A DNA stretch of 64,000 bases. It comes from a virus (taxonomy: Duplodnaviria; Caudoviricetes). Position 1 is the first letter of the stretch; each line of letters begins with the position of its first letter. Positions 38,411 to 47,546 of the stretch are shown here, piece after piece. The DNA lies in the IMG/VR virus record IMGVR_UViG_2599185230_000001, positions 32,001 to 96,000 of that record; one strand, 5' to 3'. A model generated the notes under the pieces. It saw only the letters and a list, made by a program, of their open reading frames with translations. It was not told the DNA's origin and did no database searches. The translations under genes were made by a program, and so were the position numbers.

Positions 38411-38767
38411 TTAAGAAGCCCCCTTTTCTTTTATGTCCTGGCCCGTTATGGCCCATTTTTTAAATCCTTGCCTGTCTACCCATACCCATAATTCGAAGTC
38501 TACATTGTCCAGACCGTATTCAAAAATGACACTTTGAATGGCGGTCACTTCCTTTTTATAGCCGGAGAAAGAAAGTTTTTTGGTGCGTTTGCTTTGTACC
38601 GCAATAATGCGGTCACGGCGTAGGCCCAGCACGTCAATTTTGCTGTGGCTGCCAGCGGAACGAAGGACTAAAAAGCCTTGTTCCGCCAGTTGCTCCATAA
38701 TCTTTCTTTCTACCTCGTAACCCCTCTGGTAATTAGTTCGGGCCATTACGAGGCCATCTCTTCGCAC
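38411..38767 (-). CDS. Hjc-type Holliday junction resolvase
   Basis: GYEVERK...RSAGS..KIDV...VQSK. Confidence 0.8.
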   Translation of the reverse strand: MRRDGLVMARTNYQRGYEVERKIMEQLAEQGFLVLRSAGSHSKIDVLGLRRDRIIAVQSKRTKKLSFSGYKKEVTAIQSVIFEYGLDNVDFELWVWVDRQGFKKWAITGQDIKEKGAS

Positions 38768-39651
38768 TGGGTTTTATAAGTGCAAAAAATACACTTGTCA
38801 AATTCAGCGGGGAGGATTTCGCCGTTATATCGAGCTTCCGCCACTTCTGCATATTTGTCCAACAGGGCTTCCCGTTGGTTGTCCGACACCTCTACGCAAA
38901 AGGCCCGGAGGTCGGGTTTGGCGTTTTCGTTTTTTGTCCAGCTGTCTTTGGCCAGGCTTTCGTAGACGATTAAAAACTCACGCAGGTTAAAAATCAGGGA
39001 ATAAGCTATGCACTGTTGTTTATGGCTTTCTTGGGCGTCCCTCATTTTGTAATCACCTATGCTTGATATGGTGGTGGATTTCGTTTTGAATTCCAAGCCC
39101 AGCTTTGTGGCGTCGGGAGTGTATTTAAGCACGCCGTCCATCATGCCGTATATTTGGAAACGGACGCCCCGGTGTTCAAACTGTTTTACCTGCCTGATGT
39201 TCTTTTCCCAGGCCGGGCGGCCAGCCTTTGTTCTTACCACTTCAAAATTTGGTTTTTCTAAGTATTTTTCTGCATAAAGCAAGTCTTTTTGGGTTGCGGC
39301 ATGTACAGCACTTCCGTTTCGCATTTGCCGCCGTTGGAACGGGTAAAAGGTTTTCGGGTCGCCTTGCAGCTGGCACGCCTTGTAAAACAGTTCCCGTTTA
39401 CATTTAGAGGCCCCTGATGGGGAGAAGGTCACAAGGCCGTTTGTGAATTTTAAGTGGGAAGTGTCATTTTCCAGGGCCAATCTTTCATCCTCCAACAATA
39501 GCCGTTCAATTTCCATATCAACGGGCGGGTTGATACTGTGAATGTCGTTTAAATGCCTGACTATATCCCTGGCCAAAACATCGCACCGTTCAGCGTTTTG
39601 TATCTGTTCACGAAGAAGGGCGGCCCCTTCTCGGTTGGTTAAGCGGCCCAT
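38746..39651 (-). CDS. Cas4/RecB-like PD-(D/E)xK exonuclease with Fe-S Cys motif
   Basis: SPS...CKRELFY, GMMDG, EFKT, CIFCTYKTQC. Confidence 0.8.
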   Translation of the reverse strand: MGRLTNREGAALLREQIQNAERCDVLARDIVRHLNDIHSINPPVDMEIERLLLEDERLALENDTSHLKFTNGLVTFSPSGASKCKRELFYKACQLQGDPKTFYPFQRRQMRNGSAVHAATQKDLLYAEKYLEKPNFEVVRTKAGRPAWEKNIRQVKQFEHRGVRFQIYGMMDGVLKYTPDATKLGLEFKTKSTTISSIGDYKMRDAQESHKQQCIAYSLIFNLREFLIVYESLAKDSWTKNENAKPDLRAFCVEVSDNQREALLDKYAEVAEARYNGEILPAEFDKCIFCTYKTQCEEMAS

Positions 39652-41906
39652 TTGTATTCCTCCTTTTTAATGCCGTCGCCCCAGCGGGTCATTACTTCGG
39701 TGTCCACTTTGACGGGCACGGTTAATTTCGTGGCCTGGATCATGCAGGCTTCCAGCTCGTTCACTTCGGCCAGTGTTACGGTGTTATCCACTAACAGCAG
39801 GGCTTCGTCGTGAACAGTGCCGTTGATGGCCCAGCCTTTGGCTTTACAATAGGTGTACAGGTTCAGCAAGGCTCGCTTCATAATGTCGGCGGCGGTTCCT
39901 TGAATTCGTGCGTTTACAGCCATGCGGCGAACACGTTCCACATCGCCTTTAACGGCTATAAAGCTGTGTTTTAAATCCCTGGGAATGTCTTTTCTTGTCC
40001 AATAGTCCAGTGGTACAGTTGCAGTCCCGGTAATGGCACATATTTGGGCGACCAGCTTATCGTAAATAACGGCCTGCTCACGGTGGCCGGGGAAGCGGCG
40101 TTTTCGCCCGTAAAGTGTCGTAACGTATTCCCGTTCTTTTACTTCCTGCCAGGTCGCTTTAATGAATTCGTACACCTGCGGGTATTCACGGTAAAAATCT
40201 TCAATGAATTGGTGGGCTTCTTCCACGGTAATGCCCAGTTGTTCGGCCAGTGTCCACATGGAAGTCCCGTACATTACCGCCAAAAGGCCCACTTTCATAG
40301 CCTTTCTGTATTTTGTGCCGTCACCACATTCGGCCAGCGGCACTTTAAACACACGGGCCGCCAGGGTGCTGTAAAGGTCTTCCCCGTTTAAATAAGGTTC
40401 CATGAAGTGAGGGTCGCCGCTCATGTGTGCCAGTACACGCGGTTCGATTTGGGAAAAGTCAATGCCCAGAATTAACTTGCCGTCGGGGGCTATGATTAGC
40501 CGTCTTGCCCTGGGCGGAAGGTTTTGGAGGTTGGGTTCACGGCTTGCGAAACGTCCTGTAACGGTCGCTACTTGATTAAAGGTGCCGTGCAGTAAGCCGT
40601 CCGCCTGTACGATATTGGGCAGAGCCTCAACGTAGGTGCCCAGTAATTTGGTGTATTCACGGTATTTCAGTAGGACTTCAATACCTGGATGCTCGTTTTT
40701 AAGAGCTTTAAGTGTCTTTACATCGGTGCTTCTATCTTTGCCCCGCTTCTTGCTGGGGGGCAGGCCCAGTTTGTCGTATAACACTTCGGCCAGCTGCACG
40801 GGAGAATTGAAGTTAATTTCCCCGAAGTGTCGTTTTAACTGATAGCCCAGGTCTTCAATTTCTGCCTTTAGTTCCGGGCCGTATTCTTGGGCAAAGTCCT
40901 GGTCAATTAGAAAGCCCGTTTGTTCCATATCAACGCAGACTTCTACCAGGGGGTTTTCTATTTCGTCATAAAGCTTTTCAAGGTCAGAAAGTTTGGCAAG
41001 GTGTTTTTTCTGCCAATTGTAAAGTTCCCAGGTTAAATGCGTGTCTTTGGCCGCGTATACCAGGGCCACGTCCAGAGGCACTTCATCAAAGGTTTGGCCT
41101 TTGAACAAGTCTTCGAAAGTGTCACTATCACCGTCGAAGCCAAAATATTTTCCGTATTTGGTGGCCAGTTTTTTCAATGCGTTGCTGGGTTCGTTTTCGT
41201 TTAAAATGGCCATGGCCACCATTGTGTCATGGGCCAGACCCTGTAGGCGTACCCCGTAGCGTATCAGCATATGAATGTCAAATTTGGCGTTATGCAGCAC
41301 TTTGCCCAGGGCTGGGTTCGTGAGGTGCCTCTTAAGACGGTTTAGCACGTAATTTGTGCGAAGCTGGGGGCCAGCCTCCATATGCTTTACGGGAATATAC
41401 ACGTGGTAATCAGCCTGGGGCAGGGTCAACGACAGGCCCACCAGTTCGTCTTTGTAGACATTAACGCCCGTGGTTTCAGTATCCAGGGCTACAATAGTTT
41501 CAAGGTCAAGGTCGTTGATTAATTGGTCAAGCTGTTCTTCCGTCCTGATTAAGTGATAATTGTCAGGCTTGGCGGTCAATAGCCTTTTTATTTTGTCGTC
41601 CCGCTGCAGCCGTTCCAGTTCCCTGTATTTAGCTTCAATTAAAACGCCGCTTATTTTTTCCGGTGGGGTTTCCATGCTAATGGTGCCAGCCTCACAGGCC
41701 GCCTTTACCTGTATAGCCCGTTCCCTTTTGGCTGCGTTGTTTTTAAACTGGGCTTGGCCGAATAACTGTGCCCAGCGGCCATCCCAGTCGGTGGCTTTTT
41801 GCCGGGCTTTCTTTTTGGTCTTGGCATCTTGCACACGGGCGGCGGCCTCCTTTTCCTTGAAAGCCGCCTTTTCCAATGCTTGGGTCATGTCCAGATTTAA
41901 TACCAT
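39639..41906 (-). CDS. polA: Family A DNA polymerase with 3'-5' exonuclease
   Basis: DTETTG, HNAKFD, YAAKD; DFSQIEPR, KVGLLAVMYG, VHDE. Confidence 0.96.
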   Translation of the reverse strand: MVLNLDMTQALEKAAFKEKEAAARVQDAKTKKKARQKATDWDGRWAQLFGQAQFKNNAAKRERAIQVKAACEAGTISMETPPEKISGVLIEAKYRELERLQRDDKIKRLLTAKPDNYHLIRTEEQLDQLINDLDLETIVALDTETTGVNVYKDELVGLSLTLPQADYHVYIPVKHMEAGPQLRTNYVLNRLKRHLTNPALGKVLHNAKFDIHMLIRYGVRLQGLAHDTMVAMAILNENEPSNALKKLATKYGKYFGFDGDSDTFEDLFKGQTFDEVPLDVALVYAAKDTHLTWELYNWQKKHLAKLSDLEKLYDEIENPLVEVCVDMEQTGFLIDQDFAQEYGPELKAEIEDLGYQLKRHFGEINFNSPVQLAEVLYDKLGLPPSKKRGKDRSTDVKTLKALKNEHPGIEVLLKYREYTKLLGTYVEALPNIVQADGLLHGTFNQVATVTGRFASREPNLQNLPPRARRLIIAPDGKLILGIDFSQIEPRVLAHMSGDPHFMEPYLNGEDLYSTLAARVFKVPLAECGDGTKYRKAMKVGLLAVMYGTSMWTLAEQLGITVEEAHQFIEDFYREYPQVYEFIKATWQEVKEREYVTTLYGRKRRFPGHREQAVIYDKLVAQICAITGTATVPLDYWTRKDIPRDLKHSFIAVKGDVERVRRMAVNARIQGTAADIMKRALLNLYTYCKAKGWAINGTVHDEALLLVDNTVTLAEVNELEACMIQATKLTVPVKVDTEVMTRWGDGIKKEEYKWAA

Positions 41907-41917
41907 GCGTTCGCCCC

Positions 41918-42307
41918 CTATGCTATTTTCTTATATTCCCAGCTAGGCAGGGCTTTAGGATCTTTCACGTCGTTCACATAGTCGTCCAGCCGAAGCCGAA
42001 TCACATTTCCATTCAGGTCTTCAACGGGAATGAAATAGAAAGTGTCATTTTGGGGGTCGGAAATGGCCACCACATCAATTTCTTCTTTGCTGTAGGGCCG
42101 GTTTGATTTGGCCACAATGGAACGGTTTTGATTTTCCACACTTCCGGTCTTTACTTGCACCCGTAGGACATGGGGCCATTTTACGGCAATAAAGTCGCAG
42201 CGTTCCACCGTTGTGGGATAGTACGTTGACCAGCCTTCTTTTAAAAATTCCAGTTCCGCTGCACGTTCGGTAATTACGCCAATGTGGTAAGTGTCACGCA
42301 CAGCCAT
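41918..42307 (-). CDS. Free-standing PD-(D/E)xK endonuclease (homing-type)
   Basis: CDFI...RVQVKT...YSKEEIDVV...FYFIP. Confidence 0.75.
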   Translation of the reverse strand: MAVRDTYHIGVITERAAELEFLKEGWSTYYPTTVERCDFIAVKWPHVLRVQVKTGSVENQNRSIVAKSNRPYSKEEIDVVAISDPQNDTFYFIPVEDLNGNVIRLRLDDYVNDVKDPKALPSWEYKKIA

Positions 42308-43040
42308 TTAAAATTCCCCCTTCCAACTTCTGTACGGTTTGTATAACGTCGTCGGCATGGTTTGAAAGCCATCCACGGTAATTAGTTTCAAGGCTATGGA
42401 AGGCAACCATAGGCATGTTTTTGAAGTGTTCCATATAAATTTCAAACGGGGTAAGGCCAGCCACCCGCCTTAATTTCCGGTTATCATTTTGGCGAAGGCT
42501 TCCCAGTGTTACCACTTTGCAGTCGTCATCACAGCGGGTGTAAGCGGTTTGCAGTTCTTCCAAGTCAAAGCTTTGGGCTTCGTCTAATATCACGTAAGCC
42601 CGCTTCCAGTTGAGGCCCCGAATAAAGGCGGTGCTTATGGCCTCCACCTTTGGGGGTTCCCTGCGTGTAAAGTCGGCTCGTGTCCACTTCTCAAACAGTC
42701 CAGGCTGTACTTGTTCCAAAGCCCCGATTAACGGGGTCATGTAAGGCAGTTCCTTGTCCCCAACCGTACCGGGCAGAAAGCCCATTTCACGCAAGGGGAT
42801 TGTGTTTCGAACATAAACTAGCTTGTCATAATGGCCCACTTCTACTTCATACGCCCCGCATAGTACGGCCAGAGTTGTTTTTCCGGTGCCTGCCCTTGCT
42901 TCGCAGAAGACGGCTTGTACTTCTTCAACAGACGCCCACAGGCTTTGCACAAAATTAAATTGGCTTTCGTTAGCTAGAACATTTACACCCCGTTCTTCAA
43001 GCCACTTGTATTTAATGTCGCCGCCTTTTCTTTTTGCCAC
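42294..43040 (-). CDS. phoH: PhoH-family ATPase
   Basis: AGTGKT, GFLPG, FIRG, ILDEAQ, LGSLRQND. Confidence 0.9.
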   Translation of the reverse strand: MAKRKGGDIKYKWLEERGVNVLANESQFNFVQSLWASVEEVQAVFCEARAGTGKTTLAVLCGAYEVEVGHYDKLVYVRNTIPLREMGFLPGTVGDKELPYMTPLIGALEQVQPGLFEKWTRADFTRREPPKVEAISTAFIRGLNWKRAYVILDEAQSFDLEELQTAYTRCDDDCKVVTLGSLRQNDNRKLRRVAGLTPFEIYMEHFKNMPMVAFHSLETNYRGWLSNHADDVIQTVQKLEGGILNGCA

Positions 43041-43104
43041 TTTTCGCCCTCCCGTCAATTAGAGAAAAAGAAAGGGGAAGTAGTCGGCCTTCCCCAGCGG
43101 TGCA

Positions 43105-43794
43105 TTAATTTTTAAAATACATTGTCAGGGTCATCATTAGTATTGGTTTTGCTTCTTCGGTCTCAAACGAAGGCACATCTTCCAGTTGATTGATTGGAAA
43201 GCCCGCCTTGGCTAGGTCTTCCAGTTGTTGTTCGCGGCTGCGAGGATTTAGCACTGTATCAAAAAATTCGTCATCCACTACTTGGCCGTCAAAGTTGGCC
43301 CATTTTTCTTTATCTTGAGCCTTTAGTTTTAAAATGGGATTCAGGCTATACACGGTGTCCATTTTGTTTCCGGTGCGTTTAAAGGTAAACGCCACTTCGC
43401 CCAGGTCGTCCTTATAGCTTTCAATAGTATCAATAAGGTTTGCAGCTTGGCCTTTGGTGGCGTCAAATATCCTAATTGTGCCATCGTCAATATCGGCCAT
43501 AGCAAACAGGTAGCGTTTGCGGGCGTATAGCTTTTCGAATTCTTCCAGGCCAGAGTTTGCAGCTTCGCACAGGGCACATTTTTTGCTAGCTGGGTCGGTA
43601 CAGGGCTGGGTGTAAATGCCCAGACCATAATCACCATGGGCTTTATATTCAACGTAATCAATGGGGCTTAATAATCTTACCCGTACACTGTCCCCGTCTT
43701 TCAAACGAATGTATACCTTTTTAAAGTCAACGCTTTGGGCTTTCTTTTTGGCACTTTCACCAGCGGCTTGGCCTCTTGCAGTAATTACTGACAT
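43105..43794 (-). CDS. Phage single-stranded DNA-binding protein
   Basis: RLKDGDSVRVRL, H...C...CALC Zn motif, FKRTG; acidic tail present in the -1 frame. Confidence 0.7.
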   Translation of the reverse strand: MSVITARGQAAGESAKKKAQSVDFKKVYIRLKDGDSVRVRLLSPIDYVEYKAHGDYGLGIYTQPCTDPASKKCALCEAANSGLEEFEKLYARKRYLFAMADIDDGTIRIFDATKGQAANLIDTIESYKDDLGEVAFTFKRTGNKMDTVYSLNPILKLKAQDKEKWANFDGQVVDDEFFDTVLNPRSREQQLEDLAKAGFPINQLEDVPSFETEEAKPILMMTLTMYFKN

Positions 43795-43860
43795 GATTAA
43801 ATCCCCTTTCCTTATTTGAAAAATATTTTGTGATGGTGTACTATAAAAGGGACAGGATAC

Positions 43861-44490
43861 CTAACTTGCTTTTAATAATTCCGCTTCACAATGCAGCCTA
43901 TATGTTTTTTTGGCCCGTGAAACGGTTTTTCTAATCTTGGGGCTGTAACGGTTGCTACCCAATACAGCCGCTATTTCTTCGTTAGTGTATCCGTCAATTA
44001 ATAACAGAATTATTTTGCTGTATTGCTTGTGGGCTTTCGCTACAAAGTCCGCAAGCAATTTTTTTGCGTCTAAACGGTCTATTATTTCATCTTCCAGGCT
44101 TTTTCTTATGAATTTACCACTTAGTCGAAGGTTTTCTAATCGGTCAAGCCCAGAGGTGTATATGGGCGGTAGTCCTTCTTTATATCTACGTTGGGCCTTT
44201 TTTCTGTTTATTTCTTTTATCAGTTCTCTATTGCATTTGGCTCTATAGTTTCTTATAAACAGCCCGCCTCCTTTGTGGATCAATGCTTCTTCATATAAAC
44301 ATTGTAAAAAAATGCTCTCTAGATCTTCGTACGCTATTCCGTAAATTCTTGTGTTAATATAATGTCTTTTGGCATCCCTCCTTACGATTGAATACATAAC
44401 ATGGTAAAGTTCATCAAAGGTATCGGTGTCACGGGTTGCGGCGTACCGGGTGGCCAGTTTATCCGCCAGATCAGCTTCAGCAAGTCCCAA
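43861..44490 (-). CDS. Phage sigma-70-like factor
   Basis: FDELY...EDLES region-2-like; GYTNEEIAAVLG...RKTVSRAKK region 4. Confidence 0.7.
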   Translation of the reverse strand: MGLAEADLADKLATRYAATRDTDTFDELYHVMYSIVRRDAKRHYINTRIYGIAYEDLESIFLQCLYEEALIHKGGGLFIRNYRAKCNRELIKEINRKKAQRRYKEGLPPIYTSGLDRLENLRLSGKFIRKSLEDEIIDRLDAKKLLADFVAKAHKQYSKIILLLIDGYTNEEIAAVLGSNRYSPKIRKTVSRAKKTYRLHCEAELLKAS

Positions 44491-44535
44491 GTTTTGTGCC
44501 TCCTTATTTGTGTTTTGGCTTGTTGCCCTTTCGGA

Positions 44536-44568
44536 AGCTATCTACCGGAAAATTTTTAAATTGTGACA
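44536..44568 (-). promoter_or_regulatory. Phage promoter-like motif, copy 3 (upstream of the sigma-like gene)
   Basis: TGTCACA-N13-CCGGTAGATAGCT. Confidence 0.75.
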
Positions 44569-44826
44569 CCTCATTTTAAAAAAATAAAAATACCTCCAGT
44601 TTAGTTGCTACACCTACGCAATCAGCTCATATATGAGCCGTACTCTGTACGCTGTTAGCGTATGTATTGTAATTATTAATGTGCAGGATGTCATTATGGA
44701 GTGTTTGGCTGCCGCACCAATAAGCCACATATTGGGGGTTTGTAATCTATTGCGTAAGTCTGTGCTTTGTTTGGGAATAATATATAGTTGACATAATTAA
44801 AAGAGAGTTTTCATGTTACGATTTTC

Positions 44827-45273
44827 TTGGGGTGGGTTTTTTATATGGCTATTTCCGCTAGAGATAAAGCCGAGCAATTATTACGACAAGCCGAAGCCGG
44901 TGAATTATTGCAGGAAAAGAGGGCTGAAAAAGGCTGTTCATTAGCACAGGTGGGGGAAATAGTTGGCTGTAGTCCCACCTATTTATCAGAAATTGAACGG
45001 GGCCTTAAATTACCGTCTGATATTTTAATTTCCAAGCTTGCTAGGTTTTATGAAATGGACGAAACGGAATTATTTCATAAATACCGAAAAATACCACTGC
45101 CCGCTATTGAAGAATTAGAGAAAAATACGGCTTTACAAAAGACACTATTGGAAATAAATAAAAATAAAAATTTGACAGAAGAACAGAAGCACAAGCTGTA
45201 CGACAAGCTATATGACATTTATAAGGATTTTGTCAATAAAGGGGGAGGAGGACAAGAAGAAGGAGGGAGTTAA
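44827..45273 (+). CDS. XRE repressor
   Basis: SLAQVGEIVGCSPTYLSEIERGLKLPS; divergent from the sigma-like gene. Confidence 0.88.
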   Translation: MGWVFYMAISARDKAEQLLRQAEAGELLQEKRAEKGCSLAQVGEIVGCSPTYLSEIERGLKLPSDILISKLARFYEMDETELFHKYRKIPLPAIEELEKNTALQKTLLEINKNKNLTEEQKHKLYDKLYDIYKDFVNKGGGGQEEGGS

Positions 45274-45762
45274 ATGCAAAGTATTTGGCAAGAATCTTTA
45301 GCGGTGGAAAAATGGCTGGTTGCAAAATTTGGGTGGCCTTTTGTTTTACGACTGGAAGACACCTTATTATTCATTGGTGGCGTGATAATTGGTGCTTCAA
45401 TAATGGCCTGGTCATTTGCCTATCTAATACTTCGGGTACGGGATAACTGGATTAAGTACCACGACAAGTTACAGGACTCAGATTTTGCAGCCCTCCGGGT
45501 TGTAGGAGAAAGTGAACACGCCCCCGTTAAGGGGCGGCCATCTATTTATATTGACGGGGGAACGGTAACTGATGTTTTGGACTCCTTTACCTCCTATTGG
45601 TTGTTGCTGTTGTTTCCTAAAAGATACACCGTCTTTAAAAGTCGCAGGCGTGCAAAATACCTTATTTGGCTGCTGTGGGGCCTGTCAATCATCTTTGCAA
45701 TTCTTTCCTTCGTTCTGGCCATGCACATATCGGTAATCGGGTATACAGCAACAGCAAAATAA
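45274..45762 (+). CDS. Two-TM membrane protein (possible superinfection exclusion)
   Basis: Co-transcribed with the repressor; hydrophobic N- and C-terminal helices. Confidence 0.55.
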   Translation: MQSIWQESLAVEKWLVAKFGWPFVLRLEDTLLFIGGVIIGASIMAWSFAYLILRVRDNWIKYHDKLQDSDFAALRVVGESEHAPVKGRPSIYIDGGTVTDVLDSFTSYWLLLLFPKRYTVFKSRRRAKYLIWLLWGLSIIFAILSFVLAMHISVIGYTATAK

Positions 45763-45778
45763 AAGCCCCCCGCCTTTA

Positions 45779-46723
45779 TCAATTAAAGTGGGGGATCACT
45801 GGTTGGATGGCGGCGGCCACGGTTAGAAGTTCATTGCTAGTCAGGTCGTTTACGTCTTTAACAGAGGTAGGTAACGCAACGGCCAGGACTGTTTTAAAGC
45901 CTACTAATTCGGTAGCTATGGTCTGGGCAATACGACGGCCCGCTTTGTCGTTGTCTGTGGCCAATATGAAAGTTTCTATAGGGCTTTGCAATAATAATTC
46001 CCGCTTTCTGGGAGTCAGGTTCGCCCCGCCCAGGGCCACAGCGGGGAAGCCTGCTTGCCAAAGTGTAATGGCATCAATTTCGCTTTCTACTATATAAGCC
46101 AGGTTCTTGCCCGCTTTGTAGATGAAGTTAAGGGCGTAAACATGGTTTTTAATTGGTTGGCCGTCGGCATAATACCAGAAGCGTTTATCCGTGACACTTC
46201 GGAATTTGATGTTTATTAGTTGGCCCATTCGGTCATACCAGGGAAAGGTTACGGCCTTATGTTTCCGGTCGTACCCGACGCGAAAGGCCCTTTGCCACTT
46301 TTCTTCAATGCCTCGCTGCTTATCAAGGTAGGGGTGGCGGTAATTGAATTCATCTAAAACGGCCATGTCCAGGGGCTTGTTTGCTTCTTCAGCCAGGGTC
46401 AGGTCGTAAGTTAATTTTAGCCTGTCCAGGTTGCCCAAGGTCGGGCAGTAAGTTTCCAGTAAATAGTCCTGGGTTTCTTCGTAAGTTTCGTTTCGAAGGT
46501 AGGCCAACAGCTTGACGAAGTTACCCTGCCGCCACTCGTCGCTGATGCTTCCGCTGTCTATAAAAACACCCGTTTCCAGATGAACGGCGAAAGAAGGGTG
46601 CCATTCGTCCCTAAAAGGGGAACAGGCTTGAAATTTCCTTTCCGTCCACCTGGGCCGCCGCCAATCGTATTTGTTGAGTTCGGCGGCTACGTCCACGGGG
46701 GTTGTATAGCCTTTAATCCGCAT
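45779..46723 (-). CDS. DNA primase (Zn finger + TOPRIM)
   Basis: CSPFRDEWHPSF, VESEIDA, DNDKAG, KDVND. Confidence 0.9.
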   Translation of the reverse strand: MRIKGYTTPVDVAAELNKYDWRRPRWTERKFQACSPFRDEWHPSFAVHLETGVFIDSGSISDEWRQGNFVKLLAYLRNETYEETQDYLLETYCPTLGNLDRLKLTYDLTLAEEANKPLDMAVLDEFNYRHPYLDKQRGIEEKWQRAFRVGYDRKHKAVTFPWYDRMGQLINIKFRSVTDKRFWYYADGQPIKNHVYALNFIYKAGKNLAYIVESEIDAITLWQAGFPAVALGGANLTPRKRELLLQSPIETFILATDNDKAGRRIAQTIATELVGFKTVLAVALPTSVKDVNDLTSNELLTVAAAIQPVIPHFN

Positions 46724-47342
46724 TAGAAATTACCTTTTTATACTCTCTTGCCACTTTATCGCCTTCTATTTCCAGCCATTTTATATACTTGTTACCGTCT
46801 GCATCTTTGACGGTGTAAACTTTTTTACCGGGGATTACGCCCCGCACGCCACCCCTTGGGTTCTCAACGTCGCCTTTGTAACGGGGTATCAAATGGACGT
46901 GACAATGGGGTACTGTTTGGCCAGCGTCCCTTAAAACATTAATTCCAATGTTGTACCCGTCGGGCCTGTAAATGTAGTTCAATAAGGACTTGACCACTTC
47001 AACCATGGCCCAAACGTCTTTCTTCTCGCCGAATTTTAGCTCAAAATAATCTTCAACATGCCGCCTAGGTATTATTAAGGCATGGCCTTCACTAACTGGG
47101 TAGTTATCATATATTGCAAATACACGTTCCGACGTGGCAATAATACTTCCGGTTTCTTCGGGGCTGCAGAATGGGCAAGTGTCATTTTTTTGGCCTTCCC
47201 AAAAGTCACAGGTTTTTTGCCCGTCCATGCCATAGATGCAATAAGTGTGACAGGTGATTTTGTTAACGGTGCCAGGAAGGGGAATGGGTTTCCAGTTACC
47301 ACCTTTTTTTGCTATCCAGCATTTATCCTGCGGTTTTGCCAT
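46713..47342 (-). CDS. HIT-family nucleotide hydrolase with Cys-rich N-terminal extension
   Basis: CPFC, GHALIIP, AGQTVPHCHVHLIPR. Confidence 0.9.
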   Translation of the reverse strand: MAKPQDKCWIAKKGGNWKPIPLPGTVNKITCHTYCIYGMDGQKTCDFWEGQKNDTCPFCSPEETGSIIATSERVFAIYDNYPVSEGHALIIPRRHVEDYFELKFGEKKDVWAMVEVVKSLLNYIYRPDGYNIGINVLRDAGQTVPHCHVHLIPRYKGDVENPRGGVRGVIPGKKVYTVKDADGNKYIKWLEIEGDKVAREYKKVISNAD

Positions 47343-47356
47343 CAGGCCCCCACCTT

Positions 47357-47518
47357 TCAATTTTCTTCAGTAAATAACGGGCACACGGTTTCGTCGTCTT
47401 CAATAAACATTGAACACTCGGTTATCATTTCGTCGTCACAATATGCACAGCAAGCGTCCGTATATACGCACACTTTGCAAATACAATTTTTACAAACGCA
47501 TATTTCACGTACAGACAT
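47357..47518 (-). CDS. 53-aa protein with 10 Cys (not in ORF track)
   Basis: RBS AAAGGTAGGA; MSVREICVCKNCICKVCVYTDACCAYCDDEMITECSMFIEDDETVCPLFTEEN. Confidence 0.6.
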   Translation of the reverse strand: MSVREICVCKNCICKVCVYTDACCAYCDDEMITECSMFIEDDETVCPLFTEEN

Positions 47519-47546
47519 AAACAGTCCTACCTTTCAAAGTGTTATT

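Noticed and set aside
38746-39651. Cas4-like gene suggesting CRISPR
   Set aside because: No repeat-spacer array or other cas genes; the context is phage recombination
35691-41906. Introns or inteins in nrdD or polA
   Set aside because: Both ORFs are continuous and of normal length, with no splice motifs noticed
44615-44757. TACGCAAT...ATTGCGTA bracket with small internal palindromes (possible ncRNA)
   Set aside because: Stems are short and equally explained as operators in a divergent promoter region
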